Assembly: GCA_051294375.1 (NCBI GenBank)
Contig: CM119266.1
Span: 11,279,212-11,343,211 of the forward strand
Direction of reading: 5' to 3'
DNA from: Paraspadella gotoi
Taxonomy: Eukaryota; Animalia; Chaetognatha
Length of the DNA: 64,000 bases
Shown: one piece after another, positions 11,637 to 25,344 of the stretch
Position numbering within the stretch: the first letter of the stretch is position 1
Layout: every line of letters starts with the position of its first letter
Program-made: the position numbers and the translations under genes
Notes under the pieces: model-generated
The model's input: only the letters and a program-made list of their open reading frames with translations
What the model was told of the DNA's origin: nothing
Databases searched by the model: none

Positions 11637-13859
11637 CACTTCTCTTCCCCCACCTCCCCCTTTGATCCCCTCCTCTTTCCCTCGTCATCTCCCGACCCAC
11701 CCGCAAATAATATTTCACCATTCCCCGTCAATCCCCAATTCCGTCCCACAATCGTATCTCTCTCTTTTTTTTTTTTTTTCCCTTGTTTTTGTCCTTTTCT
11801 TCCTTTCCAGTTTTTTTGTCAGCTCTTTTTTTTTCGGCGGCTTTTCTTCATTCTTGGCAGCCGCCCTCTGGTCGAGGACGTTAAATTTGAAAGAATTAGA
11901 CTCGACAGATGTCGCGAAGGGTTGGATGGAGGATGGTGATTGGTAGATTGGAGACGAATGCTGATTTGATAATTAAGACCAACGATGTTTGGTGGAAGGA
12001 GAAATAAAGACGAATAATATCAGGAGACAATGTTGGAATTAGCAAGTAGCAATTAGCAAGTATCCTGGTGTGACTTTGCTTATTTCTAAGAATTTTTAAA
12101 AAAGGATATTGTAAACATTTCATAAATCTGCAAAGGGAAAAATAATCTATAAATTAATTTAAAAAAATGTGTAAAAAACTAAAAAAATAATACAGTACGA
12201 AATTTGTTACAAATATATCTAAGTACCTAACACTACTGCTTTGGAATTTCCGTTCTCTCGCGGAGGCGTTGACGAGTCTCCCGAGAGCATGACGACCAGA
12301 CGAGGAAGTCGAAGGGAAAAGTGGACGCAGGACGATTCAAATTGGATCACGTGGTCACCGGTGAGGGTCACGTGGTCGCTCTCGTCAAGGTNNNNNNNNN
12401 NNNNNNNNNNNNNNNNNNNNNNNNNNNNNNNNNNNNNNNNNNNNNNNNNNNNNNNNNNNNNNNNNNNNNNNNNNNNNNNNNNNNNNNNNNNNNNNNNNNN
12501 NNNNNNNNNNNNNNNNNNNNNNNNNNNNNNNNNNNNNNNNNNNNNNNNNNNNNNNNNNNNNNNNNNNNNNNNNNNNNNNNNNNNNNNNNNNNNNNNNNNN
12601 NNNNNNNNNNNNNNNNNNNNNNNNNNNNNNNNNNNNNNNNNNNNNNNNNNNNNNNNNNNNNNNNNNNNNNNNNNNNNNNNNNNNNNNNNNNNNNNNNNNN
12701 NNNNNNNNNNNNNNNNNNNNNNNNNNNTCTTTCTTTCTTTCTTTCTCTTTTGCTTTCCTGCTTTCTCTTCATACTTTAATTTAGCTTTCCCTCTCGTAGA
12801 TGTGGCCATTGTTCCTTTTTTGTACGTTTACCTTATTCTTTATTCCCTTTCTCCATCCCTTCTTCCCTTAAACTCTTTCTCTCCTCTTCTTGCTCATCTC
12901 ATCTCTCTCCTCTCTCGTCTCTCTCGTCTCTCTCTCTCTCTCATCTCTCTCTCATCGTCTCTCTCTCGTCTCTCTTTTTTTTCCTCCATTCTCTAGCTCT
13001 GCTCACTCTCATGTCTCTTACTCTGGCCAGCCTCCCTCCCATCAAGAAAGCTGGAACCATTACGAGCCAAAGTCAAAAAGAAACCCAGGACGAAAAATTT
13101 TCTTATTACTGGTTCTCTCAGTCTCTTTCTCTCCTTCTCTTTTCTCTCTCTCCTCGTCTCTCTGCTTTTCTCCCGTCTCCTCATGCTGCTCTCTGCTCTC
13201 TCCCATCCATCTCTCGTCGCTCTGCTCTCATCTCTCCTCGTCTCTCTCTCTTCTTCTCATCTCTCTCTGCTGTCTCTCTCTCTCTCTCTATGTCCTCTCT
13301 CTCCTACTCTCTCTCTCTCTCCTCTCTCGCGGAGTTTATTACCCAGAGGTTTCCGCGAGTCGAGCTTTTTCTCGTTTCCAACCCAAAAATTTTCTTCTCG
13401 AAAAACCAATTTAAAAAAATTTTCTCTATTTTTTTTTTCTCTAATTTTCCATAATTCATTTTTTATTTTTTTTCGGTCATCCATTTATAACCATTTTCTT
13501 CTTTTTGAATTGATTTTAAATGGGTTTCCATGGCGAAATCTCGGTTGGAGTTGGCCGGGTGAAAAAAATTATGGCATAAAATGTTGAGAATGCTTATTTC
13601 ACAAACTTTCTTGGTGGTTTTTAAAAAGTTAATTAAACATTACGTCATTTGCCCTTTGCCCATATAGTATTTTATAACTTTTCTTTGTTTTTTTTTTGTC
13701 TTAGAATTATGCGAAATTACAAAGAACAAAAATCTCTACTTAAGTAAGCAAACTTAACATTGGCAATTAACTTTAGTCCTTTCATAAATGCCGACACTGG
13801 AATTGCAAAGGCAAAAAAGCCCAGACGGAAACGTTTATGATTGGCTGACTCGTTGAAAG

Positions 13860-16800
13860 AGTCACAGCGACACCTGGAGACGCTGACGACAACAACATCA
13901 AAGACAACGACAACGCAGCATCTCCCCCCCCTCCGCGTCCCCAGATGGCAAATCATTTACCGACTGTTTTTTTCTTCCTATTCACGCCTGGAGCGAATTT
14001 GCAAAGAGCTCATGGGGGAAAAGCGCTTATTTCTAAAGTGGTCTGGATCAATAGAGATAATATTTTTTGAGCGATCTGAGTTTGAGTATAGAATGGACTG
14101 GTGGCAATTTTTTTTAATCGGTCTTTACCGATAAAGGAAGAGAACTTAAATTCTAAGGAGAATAGGACTCCATATGCAAATTAGTGAGACATAAGCGATT
14201 GTTTTGTACCGGCCGCAGTTGAACAAAGATGTACTTTAAAATTAGAACATCGACTAAAATACAAATAAATGTTTTAAGTAAATTCCAAAATACTTGAAAG
14301 AACATGTAAATTACACGATTGGTGCTCTGTAGTTCATCTAATTTAATACTAAATGCTCAAGCCCTCGATCACACTCAAATGCGTTAACGTTGATAAAATA
14401 TTTAATTCATTTGCAATATGTTACTCACTCATATTATAGTAGGGTTTAATTCACTGCTTGCGCTCGCCCGACATCTATTTCCTCCACGTCAATCTCTCAA
14501 AGACAAAAGACGAACGGTTCTCCTCACTTCTCAACCCTATAGAGGATTCGAGCGAAAGACTCGCCAGAGGGCGAAGAGTCGAGAGGGGGCGAGGAGGGGG
14601 GGGATGGCGCGAAGACGACGTTAAAGGATGTTAGGAGGAAAACTGTAATCCGAGATCCCATCATCAATTCATGAGCTTGGACGCCAGCGAATCTCAACGC
14701 CGGCGGGCAGAAGCACCGACGGCACCGAACGAGACTTTGATATAAAATCTTCGTGGGACGAGATATGAAGGGGAGTTGAAGAGGAGAGAGATGGAGAGAG
14801 AAGAGAGAGGAGAGAGAGTGAGAGAGACGAGGAAGAGAGAGAGGAGAGAGAACGGAAGAGAGAGAGGAGAGAGGAGAAGAGAGAAGAGAGAGAGAGAGAG
14901 AGAGCAGGAGAGAGAGAGAGATCCTTCATAAGTTTTTTCTGCCATATTTTTCGCGCCCCTTCATTTTTTCTCTTTTCCCCTCTCCTCTCTCTCTCTCCTC
15001 TCTTCTCTCTTTCTCTCTCTCTCTTCTCTCTCTCTCTCTTCTCTCTTCTCTCTCTCTCTTCTCTCTCTCTCGCTTTTCCTTCCACCCTTTGTTCAGCCTC
15101 CTTATTTCTTCTTCGGCCAAAAGTTATAGATTTCATCCAAGTTATATTCTTTCCCAGTGGCGGTTAAATATGTTGCTGAAATGGATAGTGGGTACTGAGT
15201 ACTGGTGGGTAGTGTCTTATTTTTTGATATTTAACCATATTTTAACCATCCGATGCTGCGTTTGATTTATTAAATTGATTGACTCAATCTAAGTGATTGA
15301 TTGAAAGATTAGTTTGATATGGTTTCACTTGCTTTTACCAAAAGGATGTTTGAATCCACAGTGTGATTCCAATTCACGGTTATGTTCGTTTGCTTGAAAT
15401 ATTCGATTTCATCAGGTCTCTTCTTTCTCTTCAATTGTATTTTTTATGTTATTTTTTTATTATTATTTCTCTCGCGTTGAACGAATAATCGTCCGAGTTT
15501 CGTATCTCTTAAGAATACATTGTCGAATTCATAGTCGTCTGGACGCCAAGTCAATTCGGCTCTTCTCCTACTTGCCAGTTCACACTATTGTTCGGTTCCT
15601 AGTAACAATTATGCGCTTGAATCCCATCAAGTCATCCCAAAGATAATAATATTAGTACTAATAGTCATAAACCGATCTTGCTCGATCTCAGTAAATCCTG
15701 AGCCTGTACCCCACTTTAATCTTCTGTTAAGTCGCGATGCGCCCACTCGTCCTACGGGGAAGGCTGACTGCCTCGCACCTACTCGGCTCGGCCGACCGTA
15801 AAAAAAAAAAAGTTTGATTTTGAGATGAGCATGAAAATTCAAAAAAAAAAAACAAACAAAGGCCTATTCTGGACTTGTCAATTCAGGAAAAACATCTTGG
15901 GGAATGTCCCGTTGATTCTCGGTCTCAGAAATGAGACGTTTCTCTCCCTTACCCTTCGTCACTCAATGACCGGATCATCTCTCCGATGCGGAAGCGAGGC
16001 GCGGCGACATGCAGACTCCGGCGACCGCAGATCGCGTCGCAGAGCGCTTGCGACTCTCTTCTCGCAAAGGTCTTTTCGTCAACGACCTTCCTACTTTTCG
16101 TCAAACATTGTTTACCTTCTTTCTCAGTTTTAAAAGCTAAAAATATAAAATAACAAATTGCAAACAATTTATATACATTTATCTATCTATTTCACTGTCC
16201 CTCGTACATGAAGTCCGGCACGTTGTGCCTCCAAATAGCTCTCCCCGCCCTCGTCTTCGCACAAAAGGTAGTCCCTCTTTGTGTAAGTAATGCTCGGCAA
16301 TTCTACCCTGTCTCACTAACCTCCATATTCTCTCCCTCTACCTCACTCGACGTCGTCTATGCGGCGGAGTTCGTGGCCTCGCCGGTTGCAGAAGATACTT
16401 CTCCAACGGCGTACTCGGCTGACTGGTGGGGAGGATTCACGACCCTCGTCGATATTTCGTTGCCGGTCCTCCTTTGGAGCCCTGCTCCGTCGGCCTATCG
16501 GCGTCGTCGCGTCTGCTTCATCGTTCCAAATGACGACGCGGCTCTGCGGGGCGGCGTTTCGATCCTGGGCTGCTTCCCCGTCGCCGCCAATCTTCCTCTA
16601 CTTTACGGAGTTGTGGGGTAGCGAGGAGGACGAAGGGGACTGAAGATGTACGAGATCATGAGAATGAGCTCGGCGACTCTTGAAGAACTGTGGCCTTGGT
16701 GCTATCGTCGCGGCGGAGGAGGCATGATTCTCTCTTGGTGCCTCGGTGAGGGGCGAGCGTGCGCCACAAATTCGATCTACTTCAGCTTACGTGTGTGTCA

Positions 16801-19800
16801 TGATGGCTTGGAGTGGAGGACGGAGAGAGGAATAATGAACAACTCGGGTTCGTGATTCTGACAAATGCAAGTATTCGTCATCAAGATCGCAGTACGTCTT
16901 GCTGCTGGCGGTTCAAGAGCAGGCAGTATAGTCCTATCTGTTGAGCGGGGCAGCGTCCAGATCGTGAACGTGCAAGAAAAGGAATTTTATCAGGTTACTG
17001 AGAACTGTGGACCGTTTGAAGATATATTATTTTTAAAGGCATATGTTATTTATAATAATTTATATTGAAATTGGTACATCCAATATGAATTAGAAAAATA
17101 ATCCATTCATTTAATAAAATAAAGCAGATTTTGCCCCTGATTTGTAATGAGACAGCAGGACGTGGTTGGTGGTTTTGATAAGGCCTCCATCTCTACTTTC
17201 TTCACACAGCACCGTAGATTAGACACTAAGCAGTAAAGTTCCTCTGCAAGCTTTCAATCAAGACTCTCTCTCTCAATTATATACTAAATATATAAAGTTG
17301 CCCGACTGGCAGGCGCGTTATACTACTCTAAAGCTCTCCCTGTCCACAGTCAGGGGAAAAAGTGTGCAACGTTTAGCGTTTCCTTGTATTTATTAAATGA
17401 CCAGTAGCGCATAAGTGTTTACAAAAATATATTGTGTGTAAAATTTGGATGTACCTCAATTCTAATTACATAATTCATGACATCTTGTTAATATGCGTCC
17501 AGCTACTTGATATTTAGCCAAATCACGGATAATGGTACCCCCTCTGCACGAGGCGGTTATTTCATGTCGATGATTTGAAAAGACATAACGTACGCGCGTA
17601 AAGAATTACAAAGCTGACTCCAGACCTGATTTCTTTTTATTGACGAATTTAATGACTGATACCTCACCCCTGTTTCCTTACCCCAAAAAGTCTTCCCCTA
17701 CTCCCTGCCCCGCGACTCCTCTTCAAACTCATCCTTCTTCCTTCTGGACGGCGTCTACACGCATATGCCGTTTTCTTCGTTCGTCTCGTCCTCTCTCCTC
17801 TCTATCCCTAAAAGGCCACGCCCGACCGCGCCAACATGGCGGCCGGTCCTCTATCTCCCGCTTCGCATTCTGCCTGCCTTTAGCTGGGCAGGTGCCCGGG
17901 TCATCGTTTTGCACGACCTGGCCGGTCAGGAGCTCGCCTGCCCTGGTGCTCTTCATTTCGGCTCTGACGTTGTTCGGCGCAGCCGCGTCTACTCAGACTC
18001 TAGTTTACTCGTTCGTATTATAAATACTAGCTCGGGTCTCCTCGGCGCCGACTATCGTCTCCGTCCTTAGTCGGTTCAGTCTCTCGTGTGCGTGTCCTTT
18101 CTCTAAACCCGTTTGACTATACTCCAACTACTCGACTGTCGTGTTTTGCGCTCAGAAGCGAACCACCGGATTTGCCGAATCCCGCCGTCGCCCGCTGCGT
18201 CGCTGTGGTCGTGGGACTTGACGCTGCGGAATCCAACGAGTGATCAGAATACCCCGAAGATTTTGGGAGTCTCCTTTAGGTGTTTGTAATGGTAAAATGC
18301 CTCCAGAGCCCACCGCCACTGCCTATTATAAAACCTGCCTGTCAAAAAACTGACTCGTCGACGGTTCCGTGGTGTTCTTTGCTTTATATCTCTAACGTCG
18401 CCGCATGCTCCATCCTCCCTGCGCGCAATCTCTGCCTGTTTTTTTCTCTAGCTCGACGCCGCTAACTCGCCATACTTTGGTGGCGAGATGTCTGAGTGTT
18501 CTCTGTGTATTTTTAAAATTCATTGACGTTTCTCTTATTAGCTTTTTCGGAAACCTCTCAGGAATTCATCGTGGGACGTGGCTGAGAGATGAAGAGTCGA
18601 CGACTGGAAAACGTTAATTGAATCGAGATAGAGAAGAATGAGGAGGAGGTAGCCAAGAAGAGAAGCGGCAGGAGGGACGTTATCAGATAGAAAATGGAAG
18701 CTAGATTGAGGTATTATCCGAAGGAGAAATGAGAGGAATGAGTGTGGACGAAGAAGGTCAGCAAAAAAAAAACAGGGAATCGACTCAATGCGTCGAAGCC
18801 AGAATGTCAACTATTGACTACTATGCATACGAAAATGGCATTCATTTTCTTGTGATTTATGTTAATTTAAATTGAGAATTTACCTATGTAATTATAAGAG
18901 TCGTAGATAAAGAGTTCATAAGTGTGTTAACTGTTAAATTAAAAAAAATGTCCATAAAAAACGTAGAGGAACGCAACAACATAGCATATATACATATAAT
19001 GAAACCAGATATTATGACATTATTTGGATTTGTTCATAAAAAACTGTTAGATAATAGAAAGAGAGGTATAGACACTCGTTTTTGAAAGAAATTCCTGCAA
19101 ATTAAGAGGAAAGTTCAAATTTAGAAAAAGCTATATATTTGAACATTTGAAAATTAATTTTTTATAGTATATAAATTATAGTTTTTTTAATTTTTAACCC
19201 ACTTAATGAACGAAATTTTTAAAAATGATTTATATTTCTTTTATCAACTTTTTGACAAGAAATTCAAAATCTGCAATCAAAATTAGAAAAAGCCCATCAT
19301 TCTTGAACTTTTCGGAGTTTATATAAAAGGAAACGAAGGAATATCTTTATTATTAGAAATTAATAGCCTACTGCGAATACATTAAAAAAAGAACGATGAA
19401 TTTTTTATTATTTGACAAACATTAAGTGTCACTTAGAGATGAAAAGTATAGAATATGTTCCATAAGGATTGACTTGTCGTAGAATATATTGAGATTAATT
19501 TGGTAAAGCTTTCAACTATGCCTATAAATGTGTTTATGTTAACTATCTCGAAATAAAGTCAACACAGAAAGTAATAAGATTATAAACTCTCTCTAATTTA
19601 CTTTATACGACTCTCTTACTCTTCTATTGATTATCACTATTGCAATATAACTTCACACTTTTTATGATACCGTATCTCCCTATATACATAACGCTTTTCA
19701 ATACACATTTGGTAGTTCCGCTTCACATGACTATGTAAAAGAATGAAATCAGCTGGTTGTTACAGTACCATTATTTAAGTACATTATGTGTATCTACTTG

Positions 19801-19979
19801 ATATTTAAATTAAAATTATTTACTTCTATAGCAAAGTTGCATTTTTTACGCAGTTCTCTTTGTTGCTTTTTTTCGATTCGTACGCAAAGGTGTCGAATGC
19901 AAAAAGTTAATTAAAAAGACCAGCCGTACTGATCACGCTCTTTTCCCTCCACACTTTTTCTACGTTCCGCCGATTTCCA

Positions 19980-20010
<31 letters not shown>

Positions 20011-23000
20011 TTCTCTTCTCTCTCNNNNNNNNNNNNNNNNNNNNNNNNNCTGTTTATTGATCTTCTGATCGATGTGGTGAAAGACCAGGCGAGTGGTCAC
20101 AGGCCGACACCTGGAGGACGCTGCACGCACAACAAACAGTCAAAAGACAACGACACACGCCAGGTCCCAATTCTCCCCCCCCGCGTGCCCCCAGATGGGT
20201 AATCATTTCACGACTGTTTTTTTTCTTCCTTTCCTATTTCATCCCGCATCAGGCCTGGAGCGATTGTTTTTCGCCAGAAAAATAAAACATTAAAAAAGCG
20301 AACGCCATGTGTGGGGAAAAAAAAACGCGCCGACTCATCTATCTTTCTAATATGCACCGGAGCTCCGTGTCCTGGGCTCACTCAATCAGAGATAATAACT
20401 TTTTTTTGGAGGATCTCGGCTAGAACAAGGTTTGGAGTAAGAATATATAGATGACTGGCTAGGCCTATCTTTATTTTTTTTTTTTTAATCGGTTCCTTTC
20501 AACCCGATTTAAAGGAAAAGAGAACTTTAAATTCTAAGCGGAGAATAGACTCCATTACTGCAAATTAGTGATATGAGAAAACATAAGTTCGCGATTGTTT
20601 CTGGTATGTACCGGCCGCAGCGTAACTTGAACCAAAACAAAAAGACTTTAAATTGTACTTTAAAAATTAGACAACATCGCACCTTAAAATACAAATAACA
20701 TGTTTAAGTAAAAATTCCAAAAAAATACTTGAAACTAGATAGAAGTCAAGAGCAGACAGATAAATATTACACGATTTGGTGCATCCTGTTAGTTCCCCAT
20801 TCTTAATAATACGCTAACATCCCTCAAGCCACCTCAGATTCACACTTTCCAAATGCGGTTTAACCGTTTGATTAATAATAATTAATTCATGTGCAAATAT
20901 GATTGTCGTTACACTCATAATACGTAAAACGTCTCTATTTAGTAGGTTTTTTAATTCACTGCTTGTAGGCGTCGCCCCGACACTTTCTATTTTCTCCACG
21001 TCCACAATCCTAAAAATTCTCGCTTGGCTTCAAAGACAAAAAAGGACGAACCACCGGGCTTCTCCTCACTCTCAACCTAAACATTACAGGATTTCCGAAG
21101 CGGGGAAAGAACCTCTCCTCCCCAGAGGAGGCGAAAGAGCAGAAGAGTGAAAGATCCGAGAGGGCTGATGGCAGGGGATGGCGCGAAGACGACGTTTTTT
21201 TTTTTTCTTCTTGTGCTTTCGTTTTTGTTTTTAAAGGATGTTAGCGAGGAAAAAAAAACTTGAAATCCGAGATCCGATCATTCAATTCATGGAGCTTGGA
21301 TCCGGCATGCGAATCACTCAACGCCGGGCCCTGCCGGGAGAAGAACAGCAAAAGCCACCCGACCCGGGACTTAATACATAAAACCACTTACATCTTGTAA
21401 ATAAAAAACTGATGCCGGAAAAACGAGACGTAGTTATGACGCCGGCTTCGGCGGGGGAGTTGGAGAGTGAGGAGAATTGTAGTCATTGGAGAGAGTATTT
21501 GGTAGAGAGATGACGAGTAGACACAGAGTGGAGTCGAGAGATCAGAGATCGACAGAGAGATGAGAGTACTGAGAGAGGATGGAGACGAGTAGAGAGAGAC
21601 CGAGGAAAGGAGGGAGATACCCTTGAGGAGAACCCGAAGAGATCGAGAGGAGATAGAGAGAGAGAGAGAGAGAGAGAGAAGAAGGAAGAGGAGAGAGAGA
21701 GGGAGAAGAGAAGAGAGGAGAGCAGAGAGAGAGAGAGGAAGAGAGATCTTCATAAGTTGTTTTCTTGCCATTATTTTTCGCGCCCCCCCTCAATTTTTTC
21801 TCTTTCCCCTCTCCTCTCTCTCTCTCTCCTCTCTCTCTCTTTCTCTCTCTCTCTTCTCTCTTCTCTCTCTTCTCTCTCTCTCTCTCTCTTTTCTCTCTCT
21901 CTCGCTTTTCCTTTCCACCCTTTGTTTTCAGCCTCCTTTTCTTCTTGGCCATAAAAGTTATGAGATTTCATCCAAGTTATATTCTTTCCCAGTGGCGGTT
22001 TAATATGTTGCTGAAATGGATAGTGGGTACTGAGTACTGTGGGGTAGTGTCTTATTTTTTGATATTTTAACCATATTTTAACCATCCGATGCTGGTTTGA
22101 TTTATTAAATTGATTGACTCAATCTAATGATTGATTGAAAGATTAGTTGATAGTGGTTTCACTTGCTACAAAGTGAATCAATGATTCATTCACTTTAATG
22201 TTGTTGTTTTTTTGAAATATAATCATCATGGTTTCTTTCATGTCAGATTAAATTCCCGCGACGAGTCAGCGGATTCGCTTTCCTCCCTTTCATCAAAACC
22301 AAACTCCGCCCCTTTCGTTTCCCTTTTGTTTCAGACTCGTCCTTGGAAGGCGACTCCTCGCCCTCTGTCGGGAGATTCGAAAAGCGCCGGGATTTCGCGG
22401 ACGCCAAGTCCACGCCCACCTCGCGCCACGAGGCGCAAATAGTTCAGTGGTGAGTCGACGGATGTCGCTGCCAAAGGTTTTTTTTTAAATTCCGCTCGAA
22501 AGAAGCACGGATGGGGTGGGAGGTGGGGTTGGGCTGAGATGGGGTGGGGTAGGGTGAGTTGTCGATTGGGAGGCGGAAATTGATTCTCTGGTGGGGATGG
22601 AGAAAGAGTGGATCATGATTGGGAGAGAAAGAGAAATGACGGTGAAAATTTAAAAAAATGAGGAAAAGCTTGGCCAGAAAGAATAAATGAAGCGAATGTG
22701 TTTAAACATGTTTTGATTTGAGAGAAGGTGAAAAAGAGTGAATTATAAAGAGACAATAAAGTGACTATACATTATACAAAGTCCGTCGTTTCTCTCAGGA
22801 AAATTGACTTTCTTTCCTGTTCGACCGACGAAAATGTAAATTGACTTTTCAATTCATTAATGGCGTTTTAATTCCGGGACGATTTATGCGCGCGGGTTGA
22901 AACTCGGATCTCGACTGGCAACTTCCGGTTTCCGAGTTTCCAATTCATCAATATTAACTAGCGGGTCTCGTCACTCCTAACTTTCTATGTTTCGAAAACT

Positions 23001-23717
23001 TGATCAAATTTTATGTAAAACCAGCATGACTAGTTTAGTACTTTAGTTTTATGTGACAAAAAATAGAAAACTAGTATTTTAAAAATCCATACTAGGACGC
23101 TTTTGTTTTATTATAATTTATATCTTTGTTATTTAAATTTAGATTTCATGTGTTAGAAATGACGGTCCTGACCTTTATAATTGACGAGTCAACCCTTATT
23201 AANNNNNNNNNNNNNNNNNNNNNNNNNCTTTTATTTCCCATCGAGACAAAGAAAAAAAAAAACAAACGAAGCAGTAATGAAAAACAAAAAGAAAAACTCT
23301 GGAATCAAAAATTAAAAAGAAAAAAAAATGAAACGAACAATTAACGAAGGTCAAACATGAAAGCCCACGAGAAAAAAAAAAAGCAAGCAGGCAAGAAGCA
23401 AACAGTTTTGAAAACTCTAAAATCAACGAGAAAAAAAAGGAGGCAGAAAAAATGAAAAGCTTCGCAAAAAATAGAACTCTCTCTCCCTCCTCTTTCTCTC
23501 AACTCGTTCCCTTCTTTTTTATTTCGTGCCTCGTCGACTTTTTATCTTGTTTTTACGCAGTTTTCTTTTGTTTTTCTTTTTTTCGACTTTCGTACGCAAA
23601 AGAGCTCGAATGCAAAAAGTTAATAAAAAAAGAAGCCGACCTCCTATACACGCTCTATTTCCCCTCCACACTTTTCTACTTCGCCGATTTCCATTTCTTT
23701 CTCTCTCTCTCTCGTCT

Positions 23718-23720
<3 letters not shown>
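13860..23720 (+). repeat. Near-tandem duplication 13860-20024 vs 20095-23720 around a 25-N gap; probable assembly artefact
   Basis: 13860-15430 aligns to 20095-22240, with the first part of the second copy inflated by many 1-3 nt insertions. 19845-20024 aligns to 23550-23720. The 25-N gap is at 20025-20049. Confidence 0.85.
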
Positions 23721-23755
<35 letters not shown>

Positions 23756-23766
23756 CTCTCTCTCCG

Positions 23767-23798
<32 letters not shown>

Positions 23799-24015
23799 AT
23801 CCACGCTTCAGCATCAACCGCTCTCTCACTTTATGTCGCGACAAAGCGTGCGTCGCAAGAGACGAGTTCAGACGTGCCGAAAATCGTTCCATATTTTTTT
23901 ATGCTCTGCTTACGAGTAGCCGTGTACTCTGACGAGCTCGAAAGAAAAAAAAAGAGAACTTGATTATAGAGAGTCCGCGGAGCGACAGGTCTAGCAATAG
24001 AGAGCGACGAAGGGT

Positions 24016-25304
24016 CTAGAATAGCGCCAATGATCTCACAACGTCCTGCGCTCAAACTTTCGCCTCATTCACGCGACGAGAAAATTGTCACTTTTTCCTT
24101 TCTCGATATTTTTTTTAAATTTTTTTCCTCTGGGGTGAAAGTCGAGAGGAAAAAAGAAAACGTTAGATAGAGACGTTTTCTCCTTTTTTCTTTTTTTACT
24201 CTTTGTATTGAATATTTATTTCTTTTCTAGTATATATTTCATTCTATGTATGTCTATTCTATAGAAAATTTTCAAATATACTTTTCACTATTTTTATATT
24301 TTTTAATTTTATTAGAAAGATATTCATTTAACATTATTCTTTAAATATATATATTGCTTTCTTAAAAAATTTTTACTTACATTATATCTAATAAACCCCA
24401 TTGGAAATGGAAGTCACAGTGTTGTCTTCTGGAAACTAGAGGGAGCATCTACAACAACACAAGTTAGATTTACCAATCTGTCCTAGTTTCTAATAAATAT
24501 CACACATCATTCCTTGTAGAAAGTCATTAATGAAAAATATAAATCTAATAGGCTGAACAGAAAGGTGGGAATGGATAATTTTTTGATGGAGGGACCAAAG
24601 TTATATATGATTTTTTATACAAAAACTAATAGGGAATAGACTACAAAGTTGACAATTGTTATGTTTCTGATAGGGATACATACGGGGAAAGTCATAGGGC
24701 ACTTTATGTCATGAATTATAATTTTAAAATTACTTAATGAAATAAATTTCTATTCCCTATCCTAATTTTAATATTCTATTTCTGAATATCTTTTATCATA
24801 TGTTATACAATGGGAAAGTCATCAGTTGGGAACCTATCCCTTCATGGTATTTCGGCTCTTTAACCCAATATCCAAGTATAGTCGAGCCATCACAAATGTA
24901 TCCTCATGTTGCTTATCCTATTTTTTAAAAGATATATTTTTAATGTTTATCTTACAAACAGACCAAAGACCTGTATCACAGCATTATTAATTTTAAATCT
25001 ATTCGTATCAATTCTATTATTCCATTTTCGTTTTTCTATTTTACTTATTTGTGTCTCTTATAATTCATTCTATTTATTCCCTACATCTATCGATTCTGTA
25101 TTATGTATATGCATTACCTGCAAAATATTTTCACGACTCTAATCCAAAATGGCGTCCCACTCATTCTCAACGTTTTCCCTCACCTTTCTCGCTCTAGGTA
25201 TCCATAGCTTCGGCGACTCTAAAACCGATTGAAAACCTTAATATATGAAATAAAAAAAATCGACCACGAAAAAGCAAGAGTGAGAAGGAGAGTGACACGA
25301 AGGA

Positions 25305-25344
<40 letters not shown>

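Noticed and set aside
12266-12360. Possible small exon ending at ccg|GTGAGG
   Set aside because: The acceptor is a weak GAG and the peptide is unrecognisable, so support is insufficient.
22511-22556. G-quadruplex-capable tracts (also ~7367-7410, 36769-36828, 41888-41930)
   Set aside because: G-runs are expected in purine-skewed low-complexity DNA, and nothing here indicates function.
23928-23945. CTGACGA-gctc-GAAA hammerhead-like core
   Set aside because: There is no room for helix II and no helix III or NUH site. A chance match.
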